The notes under the pieces: model-generated
What the model was told of the DNA's origin: nothing
Database searches by the model: none
The model's input: only the letters and a program-made list of their open reading frames with translations
Source of the DNA: Balanoglossus misakiensis
Taxonomy: Eukaryota; Animalia; Hemichordata
Assembly (NCBI GenBank): GCA_040954595.2
Contig: CM082577.2
Coordinates: 16,313,903 to 16,377,902, forward strand
Length of the DNA stretch: 64,000 nucleotides
Direction of reading: 5' to 3'
Shown: one piece after another, positions 14,384 to 27,037 of the stretch
Position numbering within the stretch: position 1 is the first letter of the stretch
How the letters are laid out: each line of letters opens with the position of its first letter
Translations under genes and position numbers: made by a program

Positions 14384-14608
14384 GAAAGTACTCTGATTTT
14401 TAACATGGTTGAACACCATGCAACGCACCTGTGAGTGCTTCAGTGCATATATCTGTAATGAAAATGGAGAAAGTACCCTATATTTTCTGTAAAATAGACA
14501 TTTAATTGGCATGCCATCCTGCATCAATTATTAAGTCTGTATATGCACTGAAGCACTCACAGGGTGTGTTGCATGGTCTTCAACCATGTTAAAAATCAGA
14601 GTACTTTC
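14384..14608. repeat. Inverted repeat (~68-bp arms), MITE-like
   Basis: gaaagtactctgatttttaacatggttgaa...cagtgcatata is mirrored by tatatgcactg...ttaaaaatcagagtactttc. Confidence 0.75.
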
Positions 14609-14882
14609 TGATATTCAGATTGGGCGAGACTTGTAGTCACGTGACCGCGTTACTCTTTCGAGTTGAGGCTGCCAACAGGACTGGGATGATTAATTTGTCA
14701 TGTACTGAATTGAAGTACAAATTGAATGTCCCGAAAAAGAAGACTGACATCAAACCCCTTAAAGTAAAAGACATGGATTTTAAAACAAGCCAAATATAAT
14801 GCTTCAGGTTAGTGATCTTTATCATAGTAAAGACACTAAGCCTAACATTTGACAAAATTGTCAACAGTTGGCATGTTATTCA

Positions 14883-15407
14883 TTGAGACAGCCTAACGTC
14901 GCCGCACTGGGAGACATTGGCCTGGACCAGACTGCAGACCCCTCGACGTGGGAGGACAGGACAGGGTGTTTGTGGAGCTACTTCGTATGAACCAGGGGAG
15001 GAAGCCGGTGATGATCAACGTCAGGGGGACCGCCGAGAACAGAAATGACCCTGCTGACCATGACGCGCCACTGCAGTGAGCAGCAGAAAATCCACCTCTG
15101 GGATTTTAGGGTGTGTGTGGAGACCGTAGGGGACTGGCGGCGATATTTCCCAAAATCCTATCTCGGGTTCTCGGCGGCAGTCCGGCAGTTTGACGAGCAA
15201 CAAGTAGAAGCACCGCAGGCCATCCCCGAGAATAAGATCCTCGTTGAGACTGAATGGCCCAGGGAGCGTGTATGGGAAGCGCAGCACATTAACACTCCAG
15301 CCTTCCTGGGAGATGTGGCCTCAGAAGTGGCGAGACTTTGGGGGACGTCGACCTGGCAACTGTTAGCACAGACGGCGGAGAACACCCGCCGTTTGTATAG
15401 GCCGTAG
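14883..15407 (+). pseudogene. TatD-family nuclease fragment, frameshifted
   Basis: VAALGDIGLD (compare VAIGEIGLD), then IPENKILVETEWP...NTPAFLGDVASEVARLWG...TAENTRRLY (TatD C-terminal LLETD-x-P...N-x-P...T-x2-N-x2-RL-Y/F). No introns, N-terminus absent. Confidence 0.7.
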
Positions 15408-15727
15408 ACTGAGCAGCGAGATTGCAAGCTACTAGGGAATGTGAAGTCCGTCACCGACGGAGGAAAACAAACACAAAAATCCTTGCTATAGATAAGCTTT
15501 CGCTGACAGGTTTGTCTCACATTTCCTTAGTGTTAAGATAGTTGTTAAGTTAGTAGTTAAGGTAGGCATCGGTCGCTTCGTGTAGGTACTATACACACTG
15601 TCGGTGCACTCACAAGTATTATTTTTTTTCCTCTTAGGGTGAGTATTACTTCACGATCAAATTCGGCGCGAATTTTGAACCCATTCCGCCAATTAGCGTT
15701 TGATAATACTGTTACTTGGTCCTTTTA

Positions 15728-16014
15728 TGGGTGTGTGTGATCATGGTGCCGGGCTAGAATTTCATCAGACAGTCATTGAATCACGATGTAGATTTTGTTT
15801 TGGTAATTTAAACCGTGCTGGTGCTAGTAAGTACAATGTATGTGATTATATTTTTGATATTGGGGCCATTTTTCATGTCGATGTTTCCTGTGATGAGGAT
15901 GGAGTTCATCCAAGGAAATTCTCTGGCAACTGTCATAGGAAACTTTTACGTGGGAGGGAGGCTCTCCTTCGCCAAAAAACTACACCATGTTTTGGGGTAA
16001 TAAATAAAGTTTAG
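15728..16014 (+). pseudogene. RAG1 N-terminal-like (RAG1L/Chapaev-type) zinc-binding domain fragment
   Basis: H...CRFCFG...IGAIFHVDVSCDEDGVHPRKFSGNCHRKL parallels RAG1 CRICG...[25 protein letters not shown]. One Cys is replaced by Ser. Confidence 0.6.
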
Positions 16015-16145
16015 ATTATTCAAAAGAAAGTAAATCTGGACTGTGGGTAAAAAGTTACATGTAGTTTGTTTGCATCTGGCCCTCTACTGCTTTTGGTGCA
16101 CATATGCTATTATAATGGTTTAATTTATGTTCTCCCCTACACAGT

Positions 16146-16469
16146 ATGTGTTTGTACAAAGTTGTACCTAACTACTGCAACGAAGATAAAGAAGATGATC
16201 TCAACCTGTCTGTACATGACATTGTCGAAGTTGAGGGGTTACCATGGAAATTCCATGGTACCCCTCAACAACCAAGAGGTTTGTTGAAGGGGAAAATTAT
16301 TAACCAAGAGAGAAGAGGTTCTTCTCCAACCAATTACGTCTTGTATTTTGGAGAGCAACAGAGTCCACTGCCACCAACTCCACCACTTCCATTGCGAACA
16401 ACATCAGCTAGTAAGTACAATAGAATATTAGATGAGATGCAACTGCTACTCAAAGGATCTTTGGTATAG
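16146..16469 (+). pseudogene. SH3-domain exon (PI3K p85-type SH3 plus Pro-rich stretch), degenerate
   Basis: LYKVVPNY..EDKEDDLNLSVHDIVEV...GLLKG...RRGSSPTNYVLYFG..PLPPTPP, preceded by the acceptor cctacacag (16144). Confidence 0.5.
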
Positions 16470-17639
16470 TTTTTGCAGTGAGCACCGTGTTTCAAATATG
16501 AGTGCACTTTAAGTATCCATGGTTTCTGTGCAGGATTTACCTTTGTTTGCACTTTGCTTCAAAAATAATGAGACTGGGTTCCATAATTTATTTTCACATT
16601 AATAAAATAATGCACTCGTTAGCAGGTGTTTAATGAGAAACTGGATAGCATGACTTCAGGATTAACAACTGATAAAAATGATTTCTGGGACAAAGATTGT
16701 TCAGCAAGTAATGTTTAAAGAAAAAAATATAGATCACAACTCTGCCATTTATTACTAATTGTTAGCAACACCCTGTGAAGAAACATGCAAACATAATTCA
16801 GTGATCAAATCGACATTTTGTTGCCCAGTTACAGCTAATATGATGACTGTGTCAGACTGTACAGATTGATGTTTTCTTGGCTACAATTATTTCACTAATA
16901 TTACGATCACATTCCAGGTCCAGCTGGCAAACTTTGTTTGCTTCGCACAATTTTGCAATCCAGATGGCAAACTAGAGTTTTGATGAATGTTCGAAAGTTT
17001 TCATTAATAGGAAAGAATATAAAATCATATATTTTCATAGCAAAGGTGTAATTTTTAACACTTGGTTTTCTCTCAGCAACTATTAAAAAAAAGTTTGTCC
17101 CTCTATAAAGTAAACTGAAACGCTAAATGATCTGCACCTAATCAGATATTGTCTTTGAATTATGAACACTTACTAATAAATCTGTTAGTAACACTGTTGT
17201 TTTAATTTCCAGGTGGTCCAATATGGGGTGAGATCCCCGCCAAAACTAAAATAATTCAATTAATTGCTATTTAGTATTATTGACTATTTTTATCATAATT
17301 TGCTAAACATTTTATATTTGCATAGATAGGTGCTGATTATTAGCAATTATGTGCTCAATTATAAGGTAAGGTAAAGTCAAGCCAACAGTAAGGTGGCCAG
17401 GATTTTGCTGTGAAAATAACTGAGACAATTCTTTGTCAGTTTTCTAAACAAAATTCAATTTTAATGCTTGAATAAAAAGCTTAGTATCATGGTACGTGGG
17501 ACCTAAGCTTATAACAGAACTCATGCACACACAGGGGGCTCACCCTCTGCGATTTTATCAAACAAACAATCAAATCGCGGAGGGAGAGCACCCTGCGATG
17601 CACACAGCCCAATTCGGCCGAAATTGTCAGACTGTGTAC

Positions 17640-18112
17640 TGACTGATAATAAACGGTCATTTCACCCCAGCTATGCGCTCCAAAACTGATGTGGCATTAA
17701 CACCAGAGGACGTGTACTGATCTGAGTGAATCAGATCCCGTGAGGAGTACGGTGCCCAGAGTACACGTATCCAGAGAAATGCCAATAGTTTTGCTACAAC
17801 TTCGCCCGCCATGTTGCAAGGTCGACCTTGCTCTCCGGAAAATACGAGACTGCATGTAGTCGAGCGAGCACGTGCGAGCGGATTATGTCGTTGCTTCCAT
17901 CGATGATGAGGCGAATTAAGACATAGCGCTAATGAATATCGTCTGTCATGACTGTCACACCAAAACCATCCTTTACAGTAAATATAAAAACAGAACAGGA
18001 AAGTCGGCGAGGTCAGTACACGACGTGTCTTCATTACCGAGAAGCCATTTGTATCTGATCGATTTTGCATACTGGTCAGGAAGCCACGCCTTACAGCCTC
18101 GTTCGCGGATGA
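17640..18112. repeat. Dispersed ~470-bp repeat, second copy at ~20715-21173
   Basis: actgataataaacggtcat...cgccttacagcctcgttcgcggatgac is present twice in the same orientation, with substitutions and indels. Confidence 0.85.
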
Positions 18113-18183
18113 CCTGTTTCATTCAACATTGTAGTGATGCATATGCAAATGATGTGGCGTGCATTTAGGCCACTGTCGGCTAA

Positions 18184-19250
18184 GGGAGCATTCGTTTTTT
18201 ACAGGGAGGGGGGGGGCCGGTGGAAATCAGGGGGGGGGGTTTACTTTTACAAAGCAGTTTTTAGGGGGGGTGCAAATTTTATAATCAATGGTTTGGGGGG
18301 GGGACAATTTTTACAACAGATTTTATGGAATTATAGCAAAAAACAACAGAATTGACCGTAAAGTGTATAAATAGAATACGAACATGTCTTTATTCTGTGT
18401 GATCAGGTGACAACAAGTACACTTTTGATCACAAAAATAACATTTTCAGGCTGTATCGTGGCTATATTATGACATACATCACTTTTAAAACTCTTTGGAA
18501 ACTGGAAAAATAGCTATATTCCGAAATACGGATATATGGAGTGTTTGCAAAGATTTTCAGACTTTGTTATCACATACACTCAAACAAACAGGATTATATA
18601 GATAAGAACACAAATATAGATAAGAACACCAATGGGAACCTAAAAGGAATCTAAAAACCCTTGTACAAAGCATTTGTACAAGTTGTATTAAAAAAATACT
18701 GTCTATGACATCACGTACAGCTACTGTGGCTATACGGTAGAGTGTAATGTTAAAAATTGAATGTAATTCAGAATAGAACAGAAACAGTGAACTATGTAAG
18801 CTGAAAGTTTCTGACCTAGACATGTACATGAACAGACATAAATTGACAACAGAGAAAAAGATGCTGAAAAAAGACAAACTGAAAATAGTTGAAGCGCACA
18901 TTGGCCGGAAACTGTGTCAAACAACTCTGGAAAGTCTCAGAGTAAACCATGAGAGGGACAAAGAGGAGGATGAGCAGGAGGATGAAGAGGATGACTTGGA
19001 AGAGGACAGTGAACCAGAAGATGAACATGTAGTGATAGGTGAACTAGGTGATTCAGAGGAAAGTGACTCAGAAAGTGATAGCGGCGACATTGAAAATGAA
19101 CTCTTTCATGTAACAAGATCAGGCAGACAATGCACTACTTGGTTTCATGGTTGATTATGTGGTATGTCGAACATACACCAATATCTGACAAAGTTTGATA
19201 AGTTTAATCCGGGGTCACATTTTAGAAAAGTAATTTCGAGGGGGGGGTTG
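18184..19250 (+). mobile_element. PIF/Harbinger-type non-autonomous element, 3'-truncated copy carrying an acidic ORF fragment
   Basis: TAA followed by GGGAGCATTCGTTTTTTACAGGGAGGGGG, the same left end as the 24120 element. It shares the block encoding EEDEQEDEEDD...TRSGRQCTTW (18822-19154). The right TIR is absent. Confidence 0.75.
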
Positions 19251-21151
19251 ATTTGGGGGGTCTTTTATACCCCGCACCGGGGTTTAACTTTCTACAGAGA
19301 CTGGCCACCTCAGTTAGCCATTTGCTTGTTTCCTCCAAAGTGTGACATTTGCACTACATGAATACTTTGATTTCTATGGCTTTTAAATTTTGATTTTGAA
19401 ATTTTCACTCTAATTCCTCAACGTACTTTTCCTAGATAAAAATAAATAAATTTATATCTACTTCATATCATTGTTAGTATCTAAAACAGAAAAAGTTATT
19501 AAATGGGCAACCTTAATTAGATGATACAAATCATGGAGAATTGTTGGTAAAATATTGTACTGCGCAACCGACCCCCTAAAAATACACACATAGCAACTAA
19601 GCAAAGATACCAACTTGGTATTCCAGTGCCATACGTATTTTTATAGACTTGGGACATCAACTGGCTATGACATCCAGTAGCGTAAAGGGTTAAACAAAAA
19701 ACAATATATGACATATTACAGGCTGCCTGGGGCTACAATAAGCAGCAGCTTATATTGAGCAACTTGAAAAGTAAATTAGTTTATTATCCATCCATAAATT
19801 GTGTGCTTCAAATTAAAGCTTCCATTTAATACGTCAGAGAAACAACCTATTTGTAATCTTTCTTAAATTGTGTGTAATGATTTTATTGGCATTCCCAAGA
19901 TTCAGTGGCTTCCATATCATTAGGCAGTGAAAGTTATTTGGTACTTTTTTGTGCATTCTCAAGATGAATCTTGATCTAAAGATGAATCTTGAAATAACTT
20001 CCATATATTTAGGCAGTCAAACAGCAATTTAATAATTTTTCTGCATTCCCCAAATGCTCCTTTAAATAGCTTCCAAACATATCAGGTCATTGTACACAAT
20101 GAAGACAGCTACCTCTTACACATTTAAACATGATCATTTTTTGTTCCAGACTTTTTTCTTCTTAGTCAATGAAGAAACATGTTAGTTATGTTTTTGTTGG
20201 ATACTGTGTATAAGATTTCCTAAAAAATGCATTCCCAAGATGCACCTGTTAAACAGCCATTTGGTAATTTTGCTTCATACGTGGACAAACTAAAACACTA
20301 TGCAACACAAAAGCAGGCAAACATCTTATTCTCACCAAGTACATTACAGATAAAGACAGATTGTAAGAATATACTCAAAGTACAAAACGGCCTCCACTTC
20401 TTTTCATAAAGCTACAGTATTGAGTTCCTCTGCTCTTTCCGAAGCAAATTCTATACTCTATCTCTGCCTGCGTGATTTACTACAAGCTTAAATCAGACTG
20501 TACGAAATAAGTTTGCACAATTTACACTGTGAGTGTGGGGTTTAACCATAGCTCTTATTTTAACAAAATGTCATGCCAAACTGCACTATAACTAATAATA
20601 GTATGCCATGCCGCAGCCTAGCTCTGTATTGTGCCTCTTTCGCTGAGAGGGGCGGCGGCCTAAAGCTCATAAAAGAACTCATGCACAGCCCAGGAAAATG
20701 TCATGCTGTGTACCGACTGATAATAAACGGTCATGTCATTTCACCCCAGCTATGAGCTCCAAAACTGATGTGGCATTTACACCAGAGGACGTGTACTGAT
20801 CTGAGTGAATCAGATCCCGTGAGGAGTACGGTGCCCAGAGTACACGTATCCAGAGAAATGCCAATAGTTTTGCTACAACTTCGCCCGCCATGTTGCAAGG
20901 TCAACCTTACTCTCCGGAAAATAGGAGACTGTAGTCGAGCGAGCAAGTGGTGTCGCTATCGTCGATGAGGCGAATTCAGACATAGCGCTAACAAGTAGTG
21001 TCTGTCATGACTATCACACCAAAGGCGTTATTTAACGGTAAATATAAGAAAAAATCAGGCAAAGTCAGCGAGGTCTGTACTCGACGTGTCTTCATTACCG
21101 AGACGCCATTTGTATCTGATCGATTTTGCATACTGGTCAGGAAGTCACGCC

Positions 21152-21780
21152 TTACAGCCTCGTTCGCGGATGACTGGGAATACCAGCGTGTCTACTTTCC
21201 TCTATTTGTAACGGAAGACAGGAGCAGCGGAAACAAGCAAATGTTTGAAGTGCTTTACAATCTAGTTTTAAAGTCAAGTACTTTTCTACATCTAATGTGC
21301 TTTTAAATTCAATGTAAGAACGCATTTTCGGTTTCTTGTCAATAGCTTCCCACCATTTTTGTTTAAAAACGTCCTTTAGTCTTAAATCAAATTCTTGCAA
21401 GAACCAGTCTTTATCACCAACTTCCTGTGCCAGCCAAACGTATCCAAAGCCATAAGAATATAAAATATGTTTGATAGAAGTTGCCCAGTTTTGTCGCCGC
21501 AGTAGATCAAGACTCTTAAGCATAGAATACGCTTGACGTGGCAGTCTAGAAGGTGGTAGTTCAATTACACGAAGCCAAAACTTAATACAACGCTTTAAAG
21601 TTAAAATAAACACAGGAAACCTGCCACATTCAGCAACCACCGCCTCCTTTTGAGCATTTGGTGGAAGTCCCATGTACAGTCGACAAATTTTCCTTTGGAC
21701 TTGCTCTATTTTTCATAATACTGATAGCCCCATACTTCAGAGGCATAAAGCATGACGGGTATAAATAGTGGATTCAAATA
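21152..21780 (-). mobile_element. LINE (CR1/L2 group) ORF2 C-terminal fragment
   Basis: GLPPNA..AVVAECGRFP...IKFWLR...LP..RLP..AY.ML...NWA..IK.IL...GFG.VW..Q.V...EKYL...FRCS is a typical post-RT region. Same strand as the EN/RT pieces at 26108-28307. Confidence 0.75.
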
Positions 21781-21802
21781 ACATAAAGTGAGTTTTAAAA
21801 GG

Positions 21803-22713
21803 TTATCACATGAACTGGCCCTGATCACCACCTGTGTGACGTAGACCAGGACAGATCAAAAATCCTGATCACCCCTGTGTTACGTCATCAACCGGAACTA
21901 TTTCCACCGATTCGCCGTAGCTTTGTTGTCAAACAGAAACAGTACGTGTAGCGCGCGGCATTTACAATACAGAAATGAAATAAAAAAATTACGGTTCCAT
22001 GACAATAACGCTTTGTAAGCTCAAAACAGAAAGGTGGAATTTGGAAAGAAGACAGTCGACGCAACGATCATGGACGATCGTGGCTGTCAAAGTTTTGGGT
22101 CAGGTGTACATAGCCTAGTCTAGGCAAGTCCGGTACGTTCCGAGTCGAATCAGTGTGGGGAATTGTTTCGAGCCAGTTCAGCGTGACGACTGAACCTCTC
22201 TATTGCACCGGTCAACGAAATGTATAAGACGTGGAAACAGGTTGCAGTAAAATTGTTAGAGAATCGATTACATTTGTGTAAGGCCGAACTTCGAGCGAAC
22301 GGAACTCAACGGGACGACTTGTTGGGAGATTTTATGAATGATCAGCGATAGTTCACCATTTGCGTATATGCAAATGATGAACTATCGCTGATCATTCATA
22401 AAATCTCCAAACATATATCTCCTGGGGGACATAATCCCGCTCAGTAAAATACGACACCGCTCCAAAATTGTTGCAAGGTACTGAATTGTTTTAGTCCTGC
22501 CTCTTCTAACGAAAAATAAGAAGACTGTTCATGTGATAAATATATAATCCCATGATATCTTTCTTTGTTTAACGTCATCGTATACTCGTGGTTTTCGCGG
22601 AAGCGTACAACTTCTCGCCTGCGGCTCGAAGTTGCACTGCTCCGCGAAAACCACTCGTATACGATGACGTCAAACAAAGAAAGATATCATGGGATTATAT
22701 GTAATTATCACAT
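21803..22713. mobile_element. Palindrome-bearing non-autonomous element (Crypton-like architecture)
   Basis: Short IR ttatcacatgaac (21803) / gttcatgtgataa (22527), a ~180-bp hairpin at 22531-22713 with core ctcgcctgcggctcg, and a second near-perfect hairpin at 22325-22408. Confidence 0.55.
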
Positions 22714-23154
22714 ACATAGCCCCGCATATACCATAGTATGACGTCAGACGTAGGTAAATTTGCACCAAGTGTTATTGTAATACCCATCCCTCTGACGTCA
22801 CCAAACGGAACTATTTTAAACTTGTAGACAAAGTCCTCTTAGGGCGACAAAATTCAGTGCAATTGTTGGTTTTATTTCGATAATAAAAAATAAGCAAAGA
22901 TAAATAAAATGTTTCGTATGTGTAAATATGGACGATCGACGATTAGTTTTACCTGTGTACATTTTTATCGCACCAACCGGCACCAAAACTGTCGCGAGGT
23001 CGTCAGTACTGAGCCAAAGTCGTCGCGTTGTCGAACGAGCGACAGGTACAAAACTGAGTATTCGCAAAAATGTTGATGCGACGATTAGAGCAAAACGGTC
23101 TAGTCCAGGAGATAGGTGCCGTTAATCAGAATTGTTGGTAAGGAAGGTTTGAGA

Positions 23155-23950
23155 AGTATTCTATGTAAAAAATGGTGCTGATTCCAAAAAAGTCAGTCTT
23201 ATTGACCCCACTCAAGACAAAATTGCCATTTTGGCCATTTTTAACCCAAAAATGGTCTTTTTTAGAAAACACTAAAAACACACTGTTTTCGTCACATTCT
23301 GAGATCTGATGACATATGATATGCTTATTCTATGTAAAATTTGGTGAATATTACGAAAAAAGTAGTCCGATTGACCCAAAACGATTTTTTGCCCAAAAAA
23401 CGTCATTTTTAGAAAAAAAATAAAACACACGGTTTTCTTCATAATGATTGATCTGGTGATATATGGAAATTCAATTCTATGTTAAAAGTGGTGACTTTAA
23501 AAAATAAAGCAGTCTTATTGACCTCAATCAATACCAAAATGCCATTTTGGGCCACTTTTTGAGGTCAAAACAGGTCATTTTTACAAAAAAACTCAAAACA
23601 AATTGTGTTCTTCATTTTCAGAGATCATTGGATATATGAAATGTCCATTCTATGTAAAAAATGGTGCTGATTCCAGAAATAGCAGTCTTATTGACCCTAC
23701 TCAAGAAAAAATGTCATTTTTGCCACTTTTTGCCCAAAATTGTCATTTTTAGAAAACACTCAAAATTTATATATTTTCTTCACTTTCGGAGATCTGATAA
23801 TGTATTATATGCCCACCCTTAGTAAAATTTGGTGATTATTCCAAAAAACAGATTTATTGACCCAACCTAATGCAAAAATGCCCTTTTGGAAAGTTTTTGC
23901 CCAAAAAGGCCATTTTTAGAAAAAAAATTAAAAACAAATTCTTCGACTCC
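23155..23950. repeat. Diverged ~150-170-bp tandem repeat, ~5 copies
   Basis: ttctatgtaaaa..tggtg...ttattgacc recurs near 23158, 23328, 23476, 23648 and 23819. Confidence 0.8.
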
Positions 23951-23985
23951 ATCTTCCCACAGGTCCAGAAGTGGTGGGGAAAGAA

Positions 23986-25917
23986 GCTGAATTGGATCAG
24001 CAAGTCGCATCATACCGGGCAGCAACATTTGCCCAGAACACCAACCGCACTTATAAATCACAATGGCAGTGCTATCTCCGATTTTGCAACTCCATGGGCT
24101 ACCGAGCAATCCCAGTTAAGGGAGCATTTGTTTTTTACAGGGAGGGGGGGGGGGCGGTGGAAATCAGGGGGGGGGGTTTACTTTTACAAAGCAGTTTTTA
24201 GGGGGGGACAAATTTTATAATCAAGGGATTATTATATAGGGACTGAAAGGGGGACTTGAAAACTTTGACGGCTAAATATTTATTTTGAGTCCACAAAAAT
24301 GCAGTTTCGCGTCCTTTATTTTACAAAATTTTATAATGTGGGAGGGGGACACCCCCTCCCACACCCACCCCCTCCATTCATCAACACCTTTCAATCATTG
24401 ACTGGTTTATCTAGTGTCCCAGGTCAGGGGACTTGCCCCCCACCCCATGATAACTTTGAGCGGCGACGTTAATTTGCTTTTGCTGGGTTCATTAAAATGC
24501 AGCTTTGAGCTCTGTATTTTATAAAATTTTCTTACGTGGGAGGGGGACACCCCCTCCCAAACCCACCCCCTTCAATTCTCGGTTTACGATGTCTCCCAAC
24601 ACAGAATACAAATACTTAAAAAATAAAAACAATGTTCAGTAGACATGTACATGAACAGACATAGAGGGACAAAGAGGAGGATGAGCAGGAGGATGAAGAG
24701 GATGACTTGGACGAGGACAGTGAACCAGAAGATGAACATGTAGTGATAGGTGAACTAGGTGATTCAGCGGAAAGTGACTCAGAAAGTGATAGCGGCGACA
24801 TTGAAAATGAACTCTTTCATGTAACAAGATCAGGCAGACAATGCACTACTTGGAAATCAAGGAACTAGGTTTCATGGTTGATTATGTGGTATGTCGAACA
24901 TACACCAATATCTGACAAAGTTTGATAAGTTTAATCCGGTGGATAAACTTCTTTTTTTGGGGGGGGGGTCACATTTTAGAAAAGTAATTTCCAGGGGGGG
25001 GGGGGGTTGCCTTTTACATTTAGTCGGCGACTCAAATTCCACCGCCCCCCCCCCCTCCCTGTAAAAAACGAATGCTCCCTAACAACATTGTTTTAGGCAG
25101 GTATGTTGCCTTCCTTGCAACACGCTTAAAATTTTCTTCCATCAAGCAGTATCTAAATGTTCTGCGTATTTTTCACCTAGAAATGGGTTACAATAATCCG
25201 CTAAGTGAGAATTGGTTCCTAACTTCTCTCTTACTTGGTGTGAAGCGGTGCAAGGGAAGCACAGTGGAGCGCAAGTTGCCGATCACCCCCAGTTTGCTCT
25301 TGCAGATTAGGTCTACCCTTAATTTGGCACAGCTAGATGATGTACTGTTCTGGTCTGTTTGTACATCTGCCTTTTTTGGCTTGCTAAGATTGTCAAACCT
25401 GCTTGTTCCTTCTGCAACTCAGTTCGATGCTGGCAAGCATCTTTGTAGACAGGATATCATTTTTCGTCCTTGGGGTCTACTTCTCTCTATCAGATGGTCT
25501 AAGACCATTCAGTTTCAGCAACGTATTTTGCAGGTACCCCTTCCTTTTGTTCCGGGCCACCCCCTTTGCCCTACAACGGCACTCGTAAGATTTTGGCTTC
25601 TTTCCGCCAGGGCCCCAGCACAGGGTCCAGCCTTCTGTCTCCCTGGGGTCCCTAGTTGCCCATCCTTTACACAGTCCATGTTTCGTTCACGCTTGCGTAG
25701 CGTCTTGTCTTCACTTAGAGTATCTACAGCCACGTTTTCAGGCCATAGTTTTCGTCATGGTGGGGCAACTTGGGCTCTGCAATGTGGCATCCCAGGGGAA
25801 ATTATTAAAGTACTGGGAGACTGGCAGAGCTCTGCCTATCTGTCTTACGTCCAAGATGTTAGCTTAGAACAACGTTTATCTGCTATGTCAACTTTTACCC
25901 TACACCTACCACATTGA
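23986..25917 (+). pseudogene. DIRS/Ngaro-type tyrosine recombinase, interrupted by an insertion at 24120-25079
   Basis: Removing the insertion and one TAA restores the frame ...FAQNTNRTYKSQWQCYLRFC..GYRAIPV-NNIVLGRYVAFL.... The catalytic motifs FFGLLR, SKT, GHSFR.GGAT and GDW.S.AY..Y are present. Confidence 0.9.
24120..25079 (+). mobile_element. PIF/Harbinger-type non-autonomous element (960 bp)
   Basis: TAA TSD at 24117-24119 and 25080-25082. TIRs GGGAGCATT(T/C)GTTTTTTACAGGGAGGGGG...GCGGTGGAA at both ends. Confidence 0.9.
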
Positions 25918-26107
25918 GTTTCTTTGGACACCTTGGGAGAATAGTTCTGACATTAAGTCATTGTGGACTTTCTGTATTTGCATTAAAGAACTATCCTGAG
26001 TGTGCCAACGAAACCAATGTGTCGTTCGTTTTCTATTTTGTGTATGCATCAACTTTTCGCTGTCGATGTGACCATTTAACCTCTTTTTACACTGAGATAT
26101 TTCTGAA

Positions 26108-26554
26108 CTACCGCATGTAAGACAAAATACCATCATAGCCTGGGGACTTTGATGATTTTAAGTTTTTCAAACATAGCAAAATTTCATCTGTTGAAGTGGG
26201 CTTATTTAAATCATCCATTTCTTGTGTAACATTTACTGAAATGTCAGTATTTTGAATAGCATCTTCTACAGTTTGAAAAAAGTCACCATCTAAAGATTCA
26301 GTATCACTGCACTGCATATACAAACTTTTGAAGTACTGATACCAGTCTTCTAAAGTGATAACAACGGCGATTCATACAAGACTTCAAAACAGACCAAAGA
26401 TCCGGGCCACCTTCAGTACAAGCTTTTAAGAGCTTCTCTTTTACAGCATTTTGAAAGTCGTTTTTTTAACACGACACGTTTGTTTAAACCCTTTCTTTGC
26501 AGCAATAAAATCCCTTAAAGCAACGTCAGAGTTTGTCTTTCTGAACTCTTTCAA
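26108..26554 (-). mobile_element. LINE ORF2 fragment (linker and start of RT)
   Basis: LNKPTSTDEILLCLKNLKSSKSPGYDGI is the canonical K-x-PG-x-DGI motif just before the RT domain. Confidence 0.75.
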
Positions 26555-26558
26555 TTAA

Positions 26559-27033
26559 AGGCACGTAAGCTGCAACTGGATAAAAAATCAATGTTTTAAA
26601 TAATCTCATATATGCTTTTAATTATATCTATTAAATGCTATTTCATGATAATATATCAAGCTCAACACTTATTTATGACAAAATGGCCAAAAATTAAAGA
26701 AAAACGAAAATTCCTGAAATTTTTAAAAAAGTGCAATATTGCAATGAAAAATGAAAATCTGATGTCTCAGTGGATGAGATCATGTTTTGTTTATGAAGTT
26801 TCACAACCGGAAATGCGACATTTTCATTGTTTCTTTCATTTTCCCACGGTGGCGGCCATAATCGCTTGCGGCAAAGCTTTATTATTTATCTGGTTAAAAC
26901 TTGCATATGCACTCATATTTAGGGTTTATAATGCTTGTGTATAGTTCACTGCCTTCATCTGCATGGACTAATGGTAGTGCAGTGTGAAACAAAAATTATG
27001 AAAATTATCCCAAAAGTTACAGCTTACGTGCCT
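26559..27033. mobile_element. Kolobok-type MITE inserted in the LINE
   Basis: TTAA on both sides (26555-26558, 27034-27037). TIR AGGCACGTAAGCTG(C/T)AACT matches at 18/19. Confidence 0.8.
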
Positions 27034-27037
27034 TTAA

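Noticed and set aside
15590-15700. RSS-like TIR for a RAG transposon
   Set aside because: CAC-starting words are present, but I found no heptamer/nonamer arrangement and no matching downstream end.
25072-25917. Intact phage/integron integrase, or the mobiliser of the palindromic element
   Set aside because: Its ATG comes from the inserted MITE's TIR and the motifs are DIRS/Ngaro-type. It lies outside the TSD-bounded element, and a 6-bp TSD points to a DDE integrase rather than a tyrosine recombinase.
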